64,000 bases of DNA from a virus: positions 1-64,000 of the IMG/VR virus record IMGVR_UViG_3300024262_000018. One strand, written 5' to 3'. Below the pieces are notes generated by a model. The model was not told where the DNA came from. It searched no databases and worked only from the letters and a program-made list of their open reading frames with translations. How positions within the stretch are numbered: position 1 is the stretch's first letter; every line of letters starts with the position of its first letter. A program made the position numbers and the translations under genes. Below, piece by piece: positions 10,199 to 20,000 of this stretch.

Positions 10199-10230
10199 CA
10201 AAAAGGTTCACTTTTTAGGGCAAACCTTTT
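10199..10230. terminator. probable intrinsic terminator
   Basis: AAAAGGTT...AACCTTTT stem in an intergenic gap. Confidence 0.5.
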
Positions 10231-10242
10231 CGTATGTTTATA

Positions 10243-10932
10243 TTATTTTCTAATAACGTCTATAACATCTTTGCTATTAGAGTCTTGTGCTTTCTTTAAC
10301 TCGTTGTTAATAGCATCTTTTGCATCAGGATTCGCGGCTTTAAAAGCGTCAACGCCTTGTACCGTTTGAACCAATGCGGTTTCTGTTTTCTTAGTTTTAA
10401 CCCAAGTGATTAAACCGGATATCGCAGATATACCTCCTGTCGCAATTGCCGCCATAATCCCAGCGATTACTCCTGCTGGAGGCCAAACAATTGAAACAGC
10501 AGACAATATAAGCCAAATAGCAAAATAAAGAACAATAAACCAGAATATGGATTTAACAAAGTTCCATAATCCAGTTATCCAACTTTGTCCTTTAGATTTT
10601 CCAATTGATATATTGTCATTTTGAATACCTTGATCACCGGCAGCAGCTTCTGGACCACCTAAACCAAACCAACTAAAAGCTCTAAAATAAATTTTCTCGG
10701 AAGTAGCCCCCCTCCATTCTTTTTCTTCTACAACGGTTTGTAACTCGTTTTCCTCAATTGTGATCTCTGAACCCTCGGGCATTGAATTAATTCGGCTAAT
10801 TAGGTCTGAAGAGGTCTGTGACGAGGTTTGAGATTGAGTGATGTTAGATTTAATCTGTCCAACCGAATAGCCAAGAATCGAGCTGCCTAATCCTACGACA
10901 ATACAAAGAAATATTACACTTAATTTATTCAT
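10243..10932 (-). CDS. membrane protein (N-terminal anchor plus 2 TM segments)
   Basis: hydrophobic segments LSVIFLCIVVGLG, IFWFIVLYFAIWLILSAVSIVW, VIAGIMAAIATGGISAISGLI. Confidence 0.7.
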   Translation of the reverse strand: MNKLSVIFLCIVVGLGSSILGYSVGQIKSNITQSQTSSQTSSDLISRINSMPEGSEITIEENELQTVVEEKEWRGATSEKIYFRAFSWFGLGGPEAAAGDQGIQNDNISIGKSKGQSWITGLWNFVKSIFWFIVLYFAIWLILSAVSIVWPPAGVIAGIMAAIATGGISAISGLITWVKTKKTETALVQTVQGVDAFKAANPDAKDAINNELKKAQDSNSKDVIDVIRK

Positions 10933-11183
10933 TATTTATACTCCTTTGATATAACTGTTTTGCCATTTATTTTTTTAATAGTTATTATTCTGGTTTTAAT
11001 AGGAGCAGTCGTTTCTTTATAAGAATGAGTTATTCCGTCAGGTCCACCTATCTGATTCTTTATGATCGCATGAGAACAGCCAATACTGGACAATCCAATC
11101 ATTAAAAGAAAACCATACGTCAATATTCTTTTCATTATATTTCCCATATTTCTCTCCATTTTTAACAGATAGAGCTCAATCAC
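10932..11183 (-). CDS. small putative lipoprotein
   Basis: MKRILTYGFLLMIGLSSIGC lipobox-like; true start probably internal. Confidence 0.55.
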   Translation of the reverse strand: MIELYLLKMERNMGNIMKRILTYGFLLMIGLSSIGCSHAIIKNQIGGPDGITHSYKETTAPIKTRIITIKKINGKTVISKEYK

Positions 11184-11293
11184 TAATCACTTTTTCAACA
11201 AGATGTTTTGAGTTCCTCTTTTTTTTTCTAGTACATCAAAATAAGATTCAAGAGACAAGTCCCTTGAATCATTATTTTGAACTATATTTTAAT

Positions 11294-11821
11294 TTAAGCT
11301 ATTTTAATGCGAACAACGGCTTCGTAACTAATTCTTCCGCCCCAGAAAATAGCTGCCGTTAAAGTGATAACATCATCAGCAAAAACATAAGCTCTAGTAT
11401 CGCCCTTAGAAAGATGCTCGTCAAGACGGGCAAGAGTAAATGGCTCCGTATAGACTTCACCTTCTGTTAAAGTAGGCATTCTCCCGCCAAACGCATACAA
11501 AATATTTCCAAGGCCATTCTTATCTGGAAGCAAGCCAGTTGTGTGATTGGTGTCACGCGTTGGCGCAGGAGCGTAAGTTCTTAATCTTACTGGAACATTA
11601 TTCTCGTCAAAATAGCCAGGTCCAGAACCGGTCAGAGTAATTCTGACTCTCTTCTGAAAAACATATACATCATCATTGTAAACATCGATGGGTGTTCCGC
11701 TTTGAGTCGCTTGATTTCTTACTGTTCCTACAAATGATGGAACCCACGTACCGTCTGTTTTTCTCAAGTCACCAGCAAGCTGGATAGCGGGAGCCCTAAT
11801 TGGTCTAATAGCTTGGGTCAT
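11294..11821 (-). CDS. hypothetical (probable virion) protein
   Basis: 175 aa, SD AGGAG, followed by hairpin at about 11245-11270. Confidence 0.7.
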   Translation of the reverse strand: MTQAIRPIRAPAIQLAGDLRKTDGTWVPSFVGTVRNQATQSGTPIDVYNDDVYVFQKRVRITLTGSGPGYFDENNVPVRLRTYAPAPTRDTNHTTGLLPDKNGLGNILYAFGGRMPTLTEGEVYTEPFTLARLDEHLSKGDTRAYVFADDVITLTAAIFWGGRISYEAVVRIKIA

Positions 11822-11923
11822 ATTTTTATCTCCTAAAATTATACGAATCGGTATCTATGTATTATATAGAACAAATAAAATACCTTTAAGTATTTTGAAA
11901 ATTATTTATTTTTTGACAACAAG

Positions 11924-12430
11924 CTATCTGCGAGAGCCCGGATGAACAGCTCTGCCAGAAGTATCACTCCGAGGTCTTGTTGGAATATTACTATGCGAAG
12001 GAGACATACTGTTAGGTCTCATCGGAGATACTTTAGGAGACATACCAGGTCTAGATGGCATATTACCATGAGGAACTATTGGAGTCAATCTAGGCGATGG
12101 AGTCAATCTAGGCGATGGAGTCAATCTAGGCGATGGAGTCAATCTAGGCGATGGCATAACTCTATGAGGCATTACCGGTGCTGTTCTATATGGTATCGTT
12201 CTAGACTGCATATGAGGATTCATAGGATTGGGTCTATAGATCGTAATAGGAGGACGATGGACAGTTATCGGAGGACGATGCATTGTGCGAACTGGAGGAC
12301 TATATCTAGGATATACTATTGTTGGATGACTGGTATACCGCATATTCGTTCGCCCACGTTCATCACAGCCATACAACACAGAACTTGCCAATCCAAGAGT
12401 CAAAATCGCGATACAAAGTATTTTGTTCAT
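11924..12430 (-). CDS. Pro/Arg-rich exported protein with SPRLTP repeats
   Basis: signal-like N-terminus ending VLYGC; low-complexity body. Confidence 0.6.
   Translation of the reverse strand: MNKILCIAILTLGLASSVLYGCDERGRTNMRYTSHPTIVYPRYSPPVRTMHRPPITVHRPPITIYRPNPMNPHMQSRTIPYRTAPVMPHRVMPSPRLTPSPRLTPSPRLTPSPRLTPIVPHGNMPSRPGMSPKVSPMRPNSMSPSHSNIPTRPRSDTSGRAVHPGSRR
12080..12151. repeat. 18-bp in-frame tandem repeat x4 (TGGAGTCAATCTAGGCGA)
   Basis: directly visible, no spacers. Confidence 0.95.
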
Positions 12431-12516
12431 AATTTTCCCTTTCTATTAACTATATGAATAGACACTTATCTAACTATAACAACGCGAACAAAATTAAAAA
12501 TCTACAAGGAAAAATA

Positions 12517-12672
12517 TTATTTTTTCCACTCTTCTCCTTCCTGTTCGGCTAGTTTTGCTTCTATTATCTCTTCTTTTAATCTTTTTATCTCTTTCTTTGT
12601 TTCTACTATCTTTACATTAATCTCAGCGATTTGCTTCAATAATAGTTTTTTGCGCCAAGGAAGTGTCTTCAT
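12517..12672 (-). CDS. small coiled-coil hypothetical protein (51 aa, below track cutoff)
   Basis: MKTLPWRKKLLLKQIAEINVKIVETKKEIKRLKEEIIEAKLAEQEGEEWKK*. Confidence 0.55.
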   Translation of the reverse strand: MKTLPWRKKLLLKQIAEINVKIVETKKEIKRLKEEIIEAKLAEQEGEEWKK

Positions 12673-12685
12673 AAATAAAGCAATT

Positions 12686-12907
12686 TTATCCATTTTTTAT
12701 TTCCCTTTTTAAATTATATTCTTGTTTTGGTATAGCACAACCACATCCACAAGTTCCTGGCGAGCCACACCTATGATACCATGTGTTTTCTAATTCATAT
12801 TCCCAACAATAATGAATACCAAATGGATGCTTTTGCCAAGAACTACTCATATTGTTAAAAGCTGTTCCGCACTTGGAGCAAACGTGATTATCTATATTTT
12901 TATTCAT
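12686..12907 (-). CDS. small Cys-rich hypothetical protein
   Basis: CSKC...HRC...CGCGC. Confidence 0.55.
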   Translation of the reverse strand: MNKNIDNHVCSKCGTAFNNMSSSWQKHPFGIHYCWEYELENTWYHRCGSPGTCGCGCAIPKQEYNLKREIKNG

Positions 12908-13211
12908 CTGTTACGGGCCCAGACGATTGTGCGGCAATGGGATTGCCACCAAGACCTTGATATGGAGCATAATAGATCGGCACCATTTCTGTGGTTATAG
13001 CATGATGTGTAATAAGAATAGGAGACCGTCCTGTTTTTTCAGAGTCTTTAAGAGCCTCTCCTAAACATCTAGCAACGTCTTTAAGATCTTCTGGTTTAGC
13101 CGGACGAATATTATCTCCTACTTTTATCAAAGTAAGCATGCAATTTTCAGAACTTTTCCAAGGAATAGATACCGATGTTTCACTACCTGATACAACAATT
13201 TTAATTTCCAT
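12900..13211 (-). CDS. stand-alone protein homologous to the clip segment of the portal
   Basis: LIKVGDNIRPAKPEDLKDV...ILITHHAI vs portal VIKIGDKERPATAADIMDV...TLVTHHAF; SD AAGGAG. Confidence 0.75.
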   Translation of the reverse strand: MEIKIVVSGSETSVSIPWKSSENCMLTLIKVGDNIRPAKPEDLKDVARCLGEALKDSEKTGRSPILITHHAITTEMVPIYYAPYQGLGGNPIAAQSSGPVTDE

Positions 13212-13238
13212 TTTGTTCTCCTTAAAAGTATTACATAT

Positions 13239-13252
13239 ATTATCGGCAAAAT
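13239..13252 (-). promoter_or_regulatory. ATTTTGCCGATAAT motif (copy 3)
   Basis: identical to copy 2; upstream of SD and ATG at 13211. Confidence 0.6.
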
Positions 13253-14409
13253 TATTTTTTCAAAATAAAGATCGGTTCAGTATGGTAATTTACTTGTCCC
13301 TTTTTCCTATGGAATTCATTATTCGCTAATTTCATTTGATATGTTTTTTCCAATACAAAACCAATTTTTTGCGAATATGAGAGAAAATCATCAGCAATTG
13401 AAAACTTATCGTAGTTTTTTATGTTTATGGCTAAATAAGATCCAGCCTTTAAAACCCTATAACTCTCATCTACAATTTTATACAAAAATCCATCCAGCCA
13501 GTCTTGATAAATAGGGAATTTTACAGAACTTTGATTTTTATCTTTAGAATACTCTTCTACATCAAAATAAGGAGGAGACGTAAAAACTAAATCATAATAA
13601 TCACTCCGTAACAAGGGCATTACCTCCTCTGCACATCCAAGATGGAATCCTGTTCTAAAGGAGTAATCATTCTTAAAAAATGAAGCACACTCTATGTTCC
13701 CTTTTATTGTTCTTTCATCTGGGTCTATACCTGTATAATTAATATTTTTATTAGCAGATATGACTCCACACAATCTTCCAGAGAATCCAGCACAAGGATC
13801 TATTATATTCCCGTTCAATGGGATATAAGTATCATAAATAAATTTTGCTATTACTGGTTTAAAATTACAAACAGTTCTAACTCCATTCCGAGTTTTTAAA
13901 ATCTTCCTCATCCCAACGTTACTAGGAACAATGTCTAAATCTAATGCTCTTTTTATACAATCTCTAAACTTCTTATCATCCAAAAAAGCTGTTATAGGAC
14001 TGAAACGACTACGATTTCCGTGTCCAACTTCTAACATGTGATTGTGAAACGAACTCGCTAATGATGTGCCAGAATAATTCGACTGTAAAAGATTATTATC
14101 TAAAAGCGGAGAAGATGAACGAGAAAGAGATAACATTTTTTTATTCTTTTCTTCATCAGACGGTTTATAATAGGGAAATCCAGCGTCTCTATAATGCTTA
14201 AAAATAATATCAATAATAGAATTCCGATATTCTTCGTTTTCGTGGTACGCTTTTAAAAGTTTTTTAAAATCATTTTTGTCATTTATATAGGATAAAGCGG
14301 CATCTCTAATAAAATTACTCTTGCTTTTCCCGAATAAAGCAGATTTTATTTTAATTGTCCTGTGATCTTCTTCACTTATCCGAAGAAGTATGTTGCTTGA
14401 TTTTTCCAT
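13252..14409 (-). CDS. amino-DNA methyltransferase (m6A/m4C) with N-terminal RHH-like domain
   Basis: IDPCAGFSGR (SAM-binding motif I), FTSPPYF (motif IV); ILLRISEEDHRTIKIKSALFGKSKSNFIRDA at N-terminus. Confidence 0.85.
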   Translation of the reverse strand: MEKSSNILLRISEEDHRTIKIKSALFGKSKSNFIRDAALSYINDKNDFKKLLKAYHENEEYRNSIIDIIFKHYRDAGFPYYKPSDEEKNKKMLSLSRSSSPLLDNNLLQSNYSGTSLASSFHNHMLEVGHGNRSRFSPITAFLDDKKFRDCIKRALDLDIVPSNVGMRKILKTRNGVRTVCNFKPVIAKFIYDTYIPLNGNIIDPCAGFSGRLCGVISANKNINYTGIDPDERTIKGNIECASFFKNDYSFRTGFHLGCAEEVMPLLRSDYYDLVFTSPPYFDVEEYSKDKNQSSVKFPIYQDWLDGFLYKIVDESYRVLKAGSYLAINIKNYDKFSIADDFLSYSQKIGFVLEKTYQMKLANNEFHRKKGQVNYHTEPIFILKK

Positions 14410-14410
14410 A

Positions 14411-15337
14411 TTATTTCTCCCAATTAATTTCGTCTTTAAATCGCCTTTTAAACATATCATATTCTTTTTTGCCAACAATTGTTATTTTAACTCCAAATTT
14501 CTTCACAACTTCTTTCATTATCGCTCTATTTTTAACACATGTCTTACACGGGCAAATCCACTCACTAGAAGATCTTGCATGCCCCTTTATCTCATAATAT
14601 CTATTTTTATCTGCAAAATAAAAATCTGGACAATACGAAAAACTGTCATTTCCTAGTTTAATATAAAAACGTTTTGTTTCATATCTATACTGCCTATTAA
14701 ATTTTTGATATATCCTCGCCATGTTCGCTTCCCAAGTACTTCTTACATAATGCCCAATATCAACTCTTATCCCTCCCTTGCCCCTTCCAGAGCCTTTAGG
14801 AGAAGGTTTTCCGTACATAGGGTTTCCTTTACCTCTAAAACTTCTTCTATTTTTATAGCCTTTTGCACGAGCTTTTTTACAATCATCCGTATCAAATTTT
14901 CCATCCTTCCATGCTTGCTTAACTGCTAAAGATACATTTTTATTATGATCTGCTGTTTTTTGGATCTTCTTCATTTCTCTAGATATTTTTCTGCGTCGGA
15001 TATCTTCCATGTTATCAATTTTTAATTTATTTTTAAACATATCAAGAACGTATCCATTGCTAATCGCGGCAAAAATATTTTTAGCATTATATAATTTTTT
15101 AAAGAATTCAAAGACATTCCCTTTATGATCAAGATAAATTTTAAGTGCCTGTTTTATATTTTTTTTCAAAAAAGATTGATGTTTAATGTCTTTGCTTTTC
15201 TTTATGTGAACAAATATTTTCCAATATTTATCATATTTTTTGTTGCAAATTGGACACTCTTCGAAAAGAGCATATTCGGTTTTCATGTCTCTAAATTTTT
15301 TATTTCTTTTTGCGTTAGTCTCTTTTTTGCAAGGCAT
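14411..15337 (-). CDS. homing-type endonuclease: zinc finger, NUMOD3, PD-(D/E)xK domain
   Basis: CPIC...H; GKGNPMYGK (NUMOD3); RSTWEAN...YCPDF...YEIKG. Confidence 0.8.
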   Translation of the reverse strand: MPCKKETNAKRNKKFRDMKTEYALFEECPICNKKYDKYWKIFVHIKKSKDIKHQSFLKKNIKQALKIYLDHKGNVFEFFKKLYNAKNIFAAISNGYVLDMFKNKLKIDNMEDIRRRKISREMKKIQKTADHNKNVSLAVKQAWKDGKFDTDDCKKARAKGYKNRRSFRGKGNPMYGKPSPKGSGRGKGGIRVDIGHYVRSTWEANMARIYQKFNRQYRYETKRFYIKLGNDSFSYCPDFYFADKNRYYEIKGHARSSSEWICPCKTCVKNRAIMKEVVKKFGVKITIVGKKEYDMFKRRFKDEINWEK

Positions 15338-15428
15338 TTTATATCTCCAACTTATGTATATACATCTATACTTTATATAAGTTCCACTTCCTTTGTTAAA
15401 TTTTATAAAACAAAAACAGGTGTATATG

Positions 15429-15468
15429 CAAAAAGAAGGCCCGCTAAATTAGCGAGCCTTCTTTTTTT
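15429..15468. terminator. intrinsic terminator after the capsid gene
   Basis: AAGAAGGC-CGCTA/TAGCG-GCCTTCTT stem with A and T tails. Confidence 0.85.
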
Positions 15469-15492
15469 ACTTATAAAACTATTATAACTTCA

Positions 15493-16362
15493 TTAGGTAG
15501 CAGAACTTACATCAATTCTTGAGACGGCATAGTCGTTAACGACTACTATACCCACTTCCTCATAAATTACCCAACCCAAGCGGAGCTTCTTTGGATCGTC
15601 AGCAGGCAATACTGTTATATCTTGACGAATCGGAAAAGCGCCAACTGTATCAGGCGAAGCAACTACTAGAACTGTTGCAACTGGCATACGGCTTGAAACG
15701 TGAATATCAGCGGTGTAGAGGTGACCATAAAGGCCAGTTGTGATAATTTCACGCTGAGTTGCCTCATCATAGAAAGTCTTGCCGAAGGCACGGACGCTAG
15801 CGAACTGGCGAGCATGCATAACAATCTTCGTAGCAACAAGGTCATGCTCTTCGATCATGCGGAAAGCAGTGTTCAAAGAAGCGATTGACAAGGTTCCGAA
15901 GTTAGAAACGATGTTACCAGCAGTCGTTGCAGCAGCTAGAAGGGCATTGAAGATATTGCTATCTTCTTCCTTCTGGATAGCTTCCTTAGCCTTGATCTGA
16001 GCTCGGTCTACGATGTAGAAACGACGAGCCTTGATCTCGCTAAGACGAACTGTTGGATGAGCAGCAATTTCGAACGTAGGAACTAGGATTTCCTCGCCTT
16101 CCTGAATTTGATCAGGTACGGCACCTCTACGAGAAACTACGTGAGCAACTGAGGCAACGTCACGCTCGTAACGAGCAAGAGCACCTTGGGGAAGCTCATC
16201 AACCATCAAAAGCTTACGACCGACAGCCTGATACTCTAACGAACGGCGAATTGGTTCTACCATTGCCTGAGCTAGAGCAGTACGTCCCTCGTCTGTTTCC
16301 AGAGCTTGGGCAATAACATCTTCCTTCTCTCTATCTGTTAAACTATTTTTACTTAAAGACAT
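15493..16362 (-). CDS. major capsid protein (HK97 fold)
   Basis: LAQAMVEPIRRSLEYQAVGRKLL, PTFEIAAHP, KLRLGWVIYEEVG; follows protease/scaffold and decoration genes; biased codon usage; strong terminator. Confidence 0.9.
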   Translation of the reverse strand: MSLSKNSLTDREKEDVIAQALETDEGRTALAQAMVEPIRRSLEYQAVGRKLLMVDELPQGALARYERDVASVAHVVSRRGAVPDQIQEGEEILVPTFEIAAHPTVRLSEIKARRFYIVDRAQIKAKEAIQKEEDSNIFNALLAAATTAGNIVSNFGTLSIASLNTAFRMIEEHDLVATKIVMHARQFASVRAFGKTFYDEATQREIITTGLYGHLYTADIHVSSRMPVATVLVVASPDTVGAFPIRQDITVLPADDPKKLRLGWVIYEEVGIVVVNDYAVSRIDVSSAT

Positions 16363-16454
16363 TTTTTATTCTCCTTTGACTATTTTTAGGTATTCGCTTT
16401 GCAAATCCTAAAATGATAATCTTAATTTTGTTAAAAACCAAATCCCAAAAACTA

Positions 16455-17000
16455 TTATTCCGTGCCCATATTCAGAATGAAGGTAACGTAATCCCCAAGA
16501 CTTAGACTACCATTGGTAGTATCTACGCCAGGAACTCCTGAATCCCAAGCCTGGACAGCGGCAGCAACTACGCCAACTACCGGACCAGTACCATTTGTCG
16601 TGGTAAGAAGACCGTTAGCGGAACAGAAGAGCAAAGCTCCAGGAGCGGCAGCATCAACAGTTGTTTCGAACAAGTCGGTAGCGAACTTGCCACCGCCTGA
16701 ATAGACTGTCATTCTTCCAGAAGCGAGTGTCTCGTTGAAGAAGTCACTTACTCTGTTTTCTGTCTGTCGTGTTGCACCAGCACCATTGACGATAAGAGAG
16801 GCGGCATATGGCGTACCAGATGTCGTGTTGCTCTCAGTATCACCAGCGATACCGATATTAACTGACGTTGCATCTCCAGGAACAGCTTCGCCAAGAGCAG
16901 AAAGCTGAGCTACCATACCCTCTAGGAAGTTTGTTCCATCCCAGTCTGCGTCTACAGGATACATATCTGCGACTACATGATAAATTTCGATTAAAGCCAT
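16455..17000 (-). CDS. capsid decoration/cement protein
   Basis: Gly/Ala/Thr-rich beta protein directly upstream of MCP; GALLFCSANGLLT. Confidence 0.7.
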   Translation of the reverse strand: MALIEIYHVVADMYPVDADWDGTNFLEGMVAQLSALGEAVPGDATSVNIGIAGDTESNTTSGTPYAASLIVNGAGATRQTENRVSDFFNETLASGRMTVYSGGGKFATDLFETTVDAAAPGALLFCSANGLLTTTNGTGPVVGVVAAAVQAWDSGVPGVDTTNGSLSLGDYVTFILNMGTE

Positions 17001-17047
17001 TTTAAATCTCCTTGTTATTTAACATTTTTATCTGTTAAAAAATTTTC

Positions 17048-20000
17048 CTATAATAACCTAAACTCTTGAGCCTGCTTATTTTTGTGGTCTAGTGAGAACA
17101 TTCCCTGCAATTGACTCTTTAAGGTCTCTCTTGGAACTGCACTAGCCTCGCTAATAATTACGGGAGACTCCAACCCGTCTGACGCCGCAGTAAGTCCTTT
17201 TTTAGTTGCGAACAAACTTTTTTCCAGATCCGAGATTGTTGCGACCTTATACGAACTTAGCTCTTTAATCTTAGTCGCAAGGTCATCTACTGAGATATTC
17301 CCTGCTGCTAACATCTTTCCTGCTAATTTCGTTGCCGCTTCAACTTGTTTCTGGCTGGACTCCGCAATCACGGTGCCTTTATCTTGTTCCTGTTTCTCAG
17401 GATCATTTGTGTCTGTTTTCATTTTTCCGCCGCCCGCTGGGAACGATGGTTGATCTTTTGGCTCATCTGGCTTGGATTTAAGTGTTTCTTTTTCCTTACC
17501 AATAAAACCGCTATCTGACTTAACTTTGCCAGGATCGTCGGCTGTGAATTTATCTTCATCGCCAATTGTGCTATCACCGCTTATCGGCTGAATATCTTTA
17601 TCATCTGCTACTGGCTTTTTAGGAGCCATTTTCTTTTCCTTCGGAGCGGATGTTTTAGTCTTTTTAATGTCATCAGTAGCTTGAAGAATTCTACCAGCTA
17701 AATCTGATATTCTCTCTTTTACGGAAGCAGCTTTATGACCGGCTCCATCGCTACCTGAGCCTTCTTCGCCGCCTGTCATTCTAGTATCTCCATCGGTTAA
17801 CTCTTTATTATCTTTTTCGCCACCGATAGGAGGACTTCCAGCAGGAATATCTAATTTGTCGCTAGCCTTGGGCTCTTCGTTTCCGATTTTAGCCTTACCT
17901 GCGTTATCTGGAACACTCGGTCCACCTTCTGTTAAGGCGTTTTCATTAGCCATAGGTTTTCCATCTTTATATTTTCCTATATCTGGGGAATCCTGAGCAT
18001 TCTGCTGCTCGGTAGATTTGGCCTGCTTATTAAGAACTGCCAAAACGCCCGTTAAGTCAAGATTTATGCGGCTAGATTGACCGACATAACCAGGTTTCAT
18101 TTGATTCGCCTCTTTCTCGATATTCTCGATTGTATTTGCCATGCAATCATCATCATTATCATCGTCATCATCACCTTCTTTTTCAACTGGTTCATCTGTT
18201 TCTTCTGTATTCATAACACCATCGTTATCATTTTCTTTATCCTCTTCCCTACAAGGACATAAATTTCCTTCTTTATTTTTTTCATTTTCTGTATTTTTTT
18301 CTGTCATATACATTTCTTTCTCTTCTGTCTCTTCATCCATTTCTGAGTTTTCCTCTGGAATTTCTACGAAATCATCTTCTTGTCCATCATCTTCCATATC
18401 ATCTTCTATTGAAGGTTCTGATCCAAGTTCCGTATCAAGAACGTCATCTACAACTTCATCAATCGCTTCAGCGGCATCTCCTGGAACATCAATAGCGACA
18501 TCAACGTCTGGAACGTCTACCTGATGATGAGCCTCTTCCTCTGGATTCTCTCCATGAGCTATATCTAAAGCCTTATCTATTTGCTCAACAACATCAAGCG
18601 GCAACTCAATCGTAACTGTTTCTCCCATCTCGGCATCGGCTCCGAAAGGATCGGCCTCGATGAAATCAACCTCTACTTCTCCGTCTTCGAAATTATCGTC
18701 AGTATCAAACTGGTCTGGAAGCATTCCATCTCCATCGTCTCCATCCATACTATCGTTAGATAGTTCAGTTGCCAACATATCATCCATTTGAGCGTACTTG
18801 GCTTTCATTGCTGTGCAAATCGTAGAAGCTTGTTTTAGTTCAAAGCCCATACGAACGAAATCTTCTACACATTCAACTGAAGCTTCCTTTTCCATCCAAA
18901 TATCTGCGACCTTAATAGCTAAACCGTTTGAATAGAAACCAGCATTTTTAAGAGAATTGCATACACAATCATAGATCGGTTTGCCTTCGCATGGTCCGCT
19001 TAAGGCAATCGCATTCTCTCCGTATCTATTAGCTAATTTTTGCCTACAGGTCTCAATTGGGAAAATATTTCCATCAATAGCTGCCAATTTGGCTTTATAT
19101 GCCTTGACAACAGACCCATCCTTAACACTTGCTGTCTTTACCGCCTTTAACAAACCCTTATCCTTCATAGCAATAATGGTCTTGCCCTTATCTTTAATAT
19201 TAAGGGTATCAAACTCGCTTTCGCTAAGTCCATATTCTTTAAGAGCCTTAACGAATCTGCCCTTTGATCTATTGCAAGATTCGCATCCGGCTGTTACGTC
19301 TGGATTCCATGACCATCTAGCATAAACATTCTTGGCATTCTTCTTATCTACTGCATATTCTACGTTATAAGGAACGCCGGTATCTAGGCAAACAAAAGTA
19401 TTATTTGCGATCTTGAGCGTATTTGTGGTGCCAGTTAATGGGCTAACAGTTCCTATCGAAATTCCCTGATCTGAGGCAATTTTAATCGCTTTTGGATCAA
19501 TTTTGGTTACAAGGGCAACTCTATCAACATTTATAGAAGCCTTTTTAACCATTCTGCTAGTTGCTATAGACGCAGCCGCTGCCATGGGGGCGGGCTCTTC
19601 CGCGATAGGAGCTTCAAAACCTTCTCCCTCCAATCCCATAGGAGTTTCCGACTCTTCTTCCCCGTCATCTTTTTCGCCTGTCAATCCGGCCCACTCAGGA
19701 ACTCGGATGACAACTTCTACAAGGAATCTAGAACCACAGTTATTACAGCGACCTTCGCCTTTAATAATATCGACATCATTACTCGTGCAAACTGGGCAAC
19801 GTGATCCTGGAGGAGCTGGCTCTAGAGCTCCAGCTTCATCTTCAAGACCCTCAGACAGATCAGATGCCTCAAAGCTCTCTAATGGAGCCTCTGCCCCACC
19901 TGGAGGCTGAGGAAGTGTAGCTCCGGCTCCGGGACCAGCCCCGGCTCCACCCATTCCGGGAGCTTCGGCACCAATGCCAGGACCGCCCTGTCCACCGAAC

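Noticed and set aside
10243-11183. spanin pair
   Set aside because: the larger protein has several TM segments, gene order is atypical and no endolysin is adjacent
12080-12151. possible CRISPR array
   Set aside because: 18-bp units are contiguous with no spacers and in frame within a CDS; no cas genes
15493-16362. encapsulin shell gene
   Set aside because: terminase, portal, protease and decoration context indicates a phage capsid
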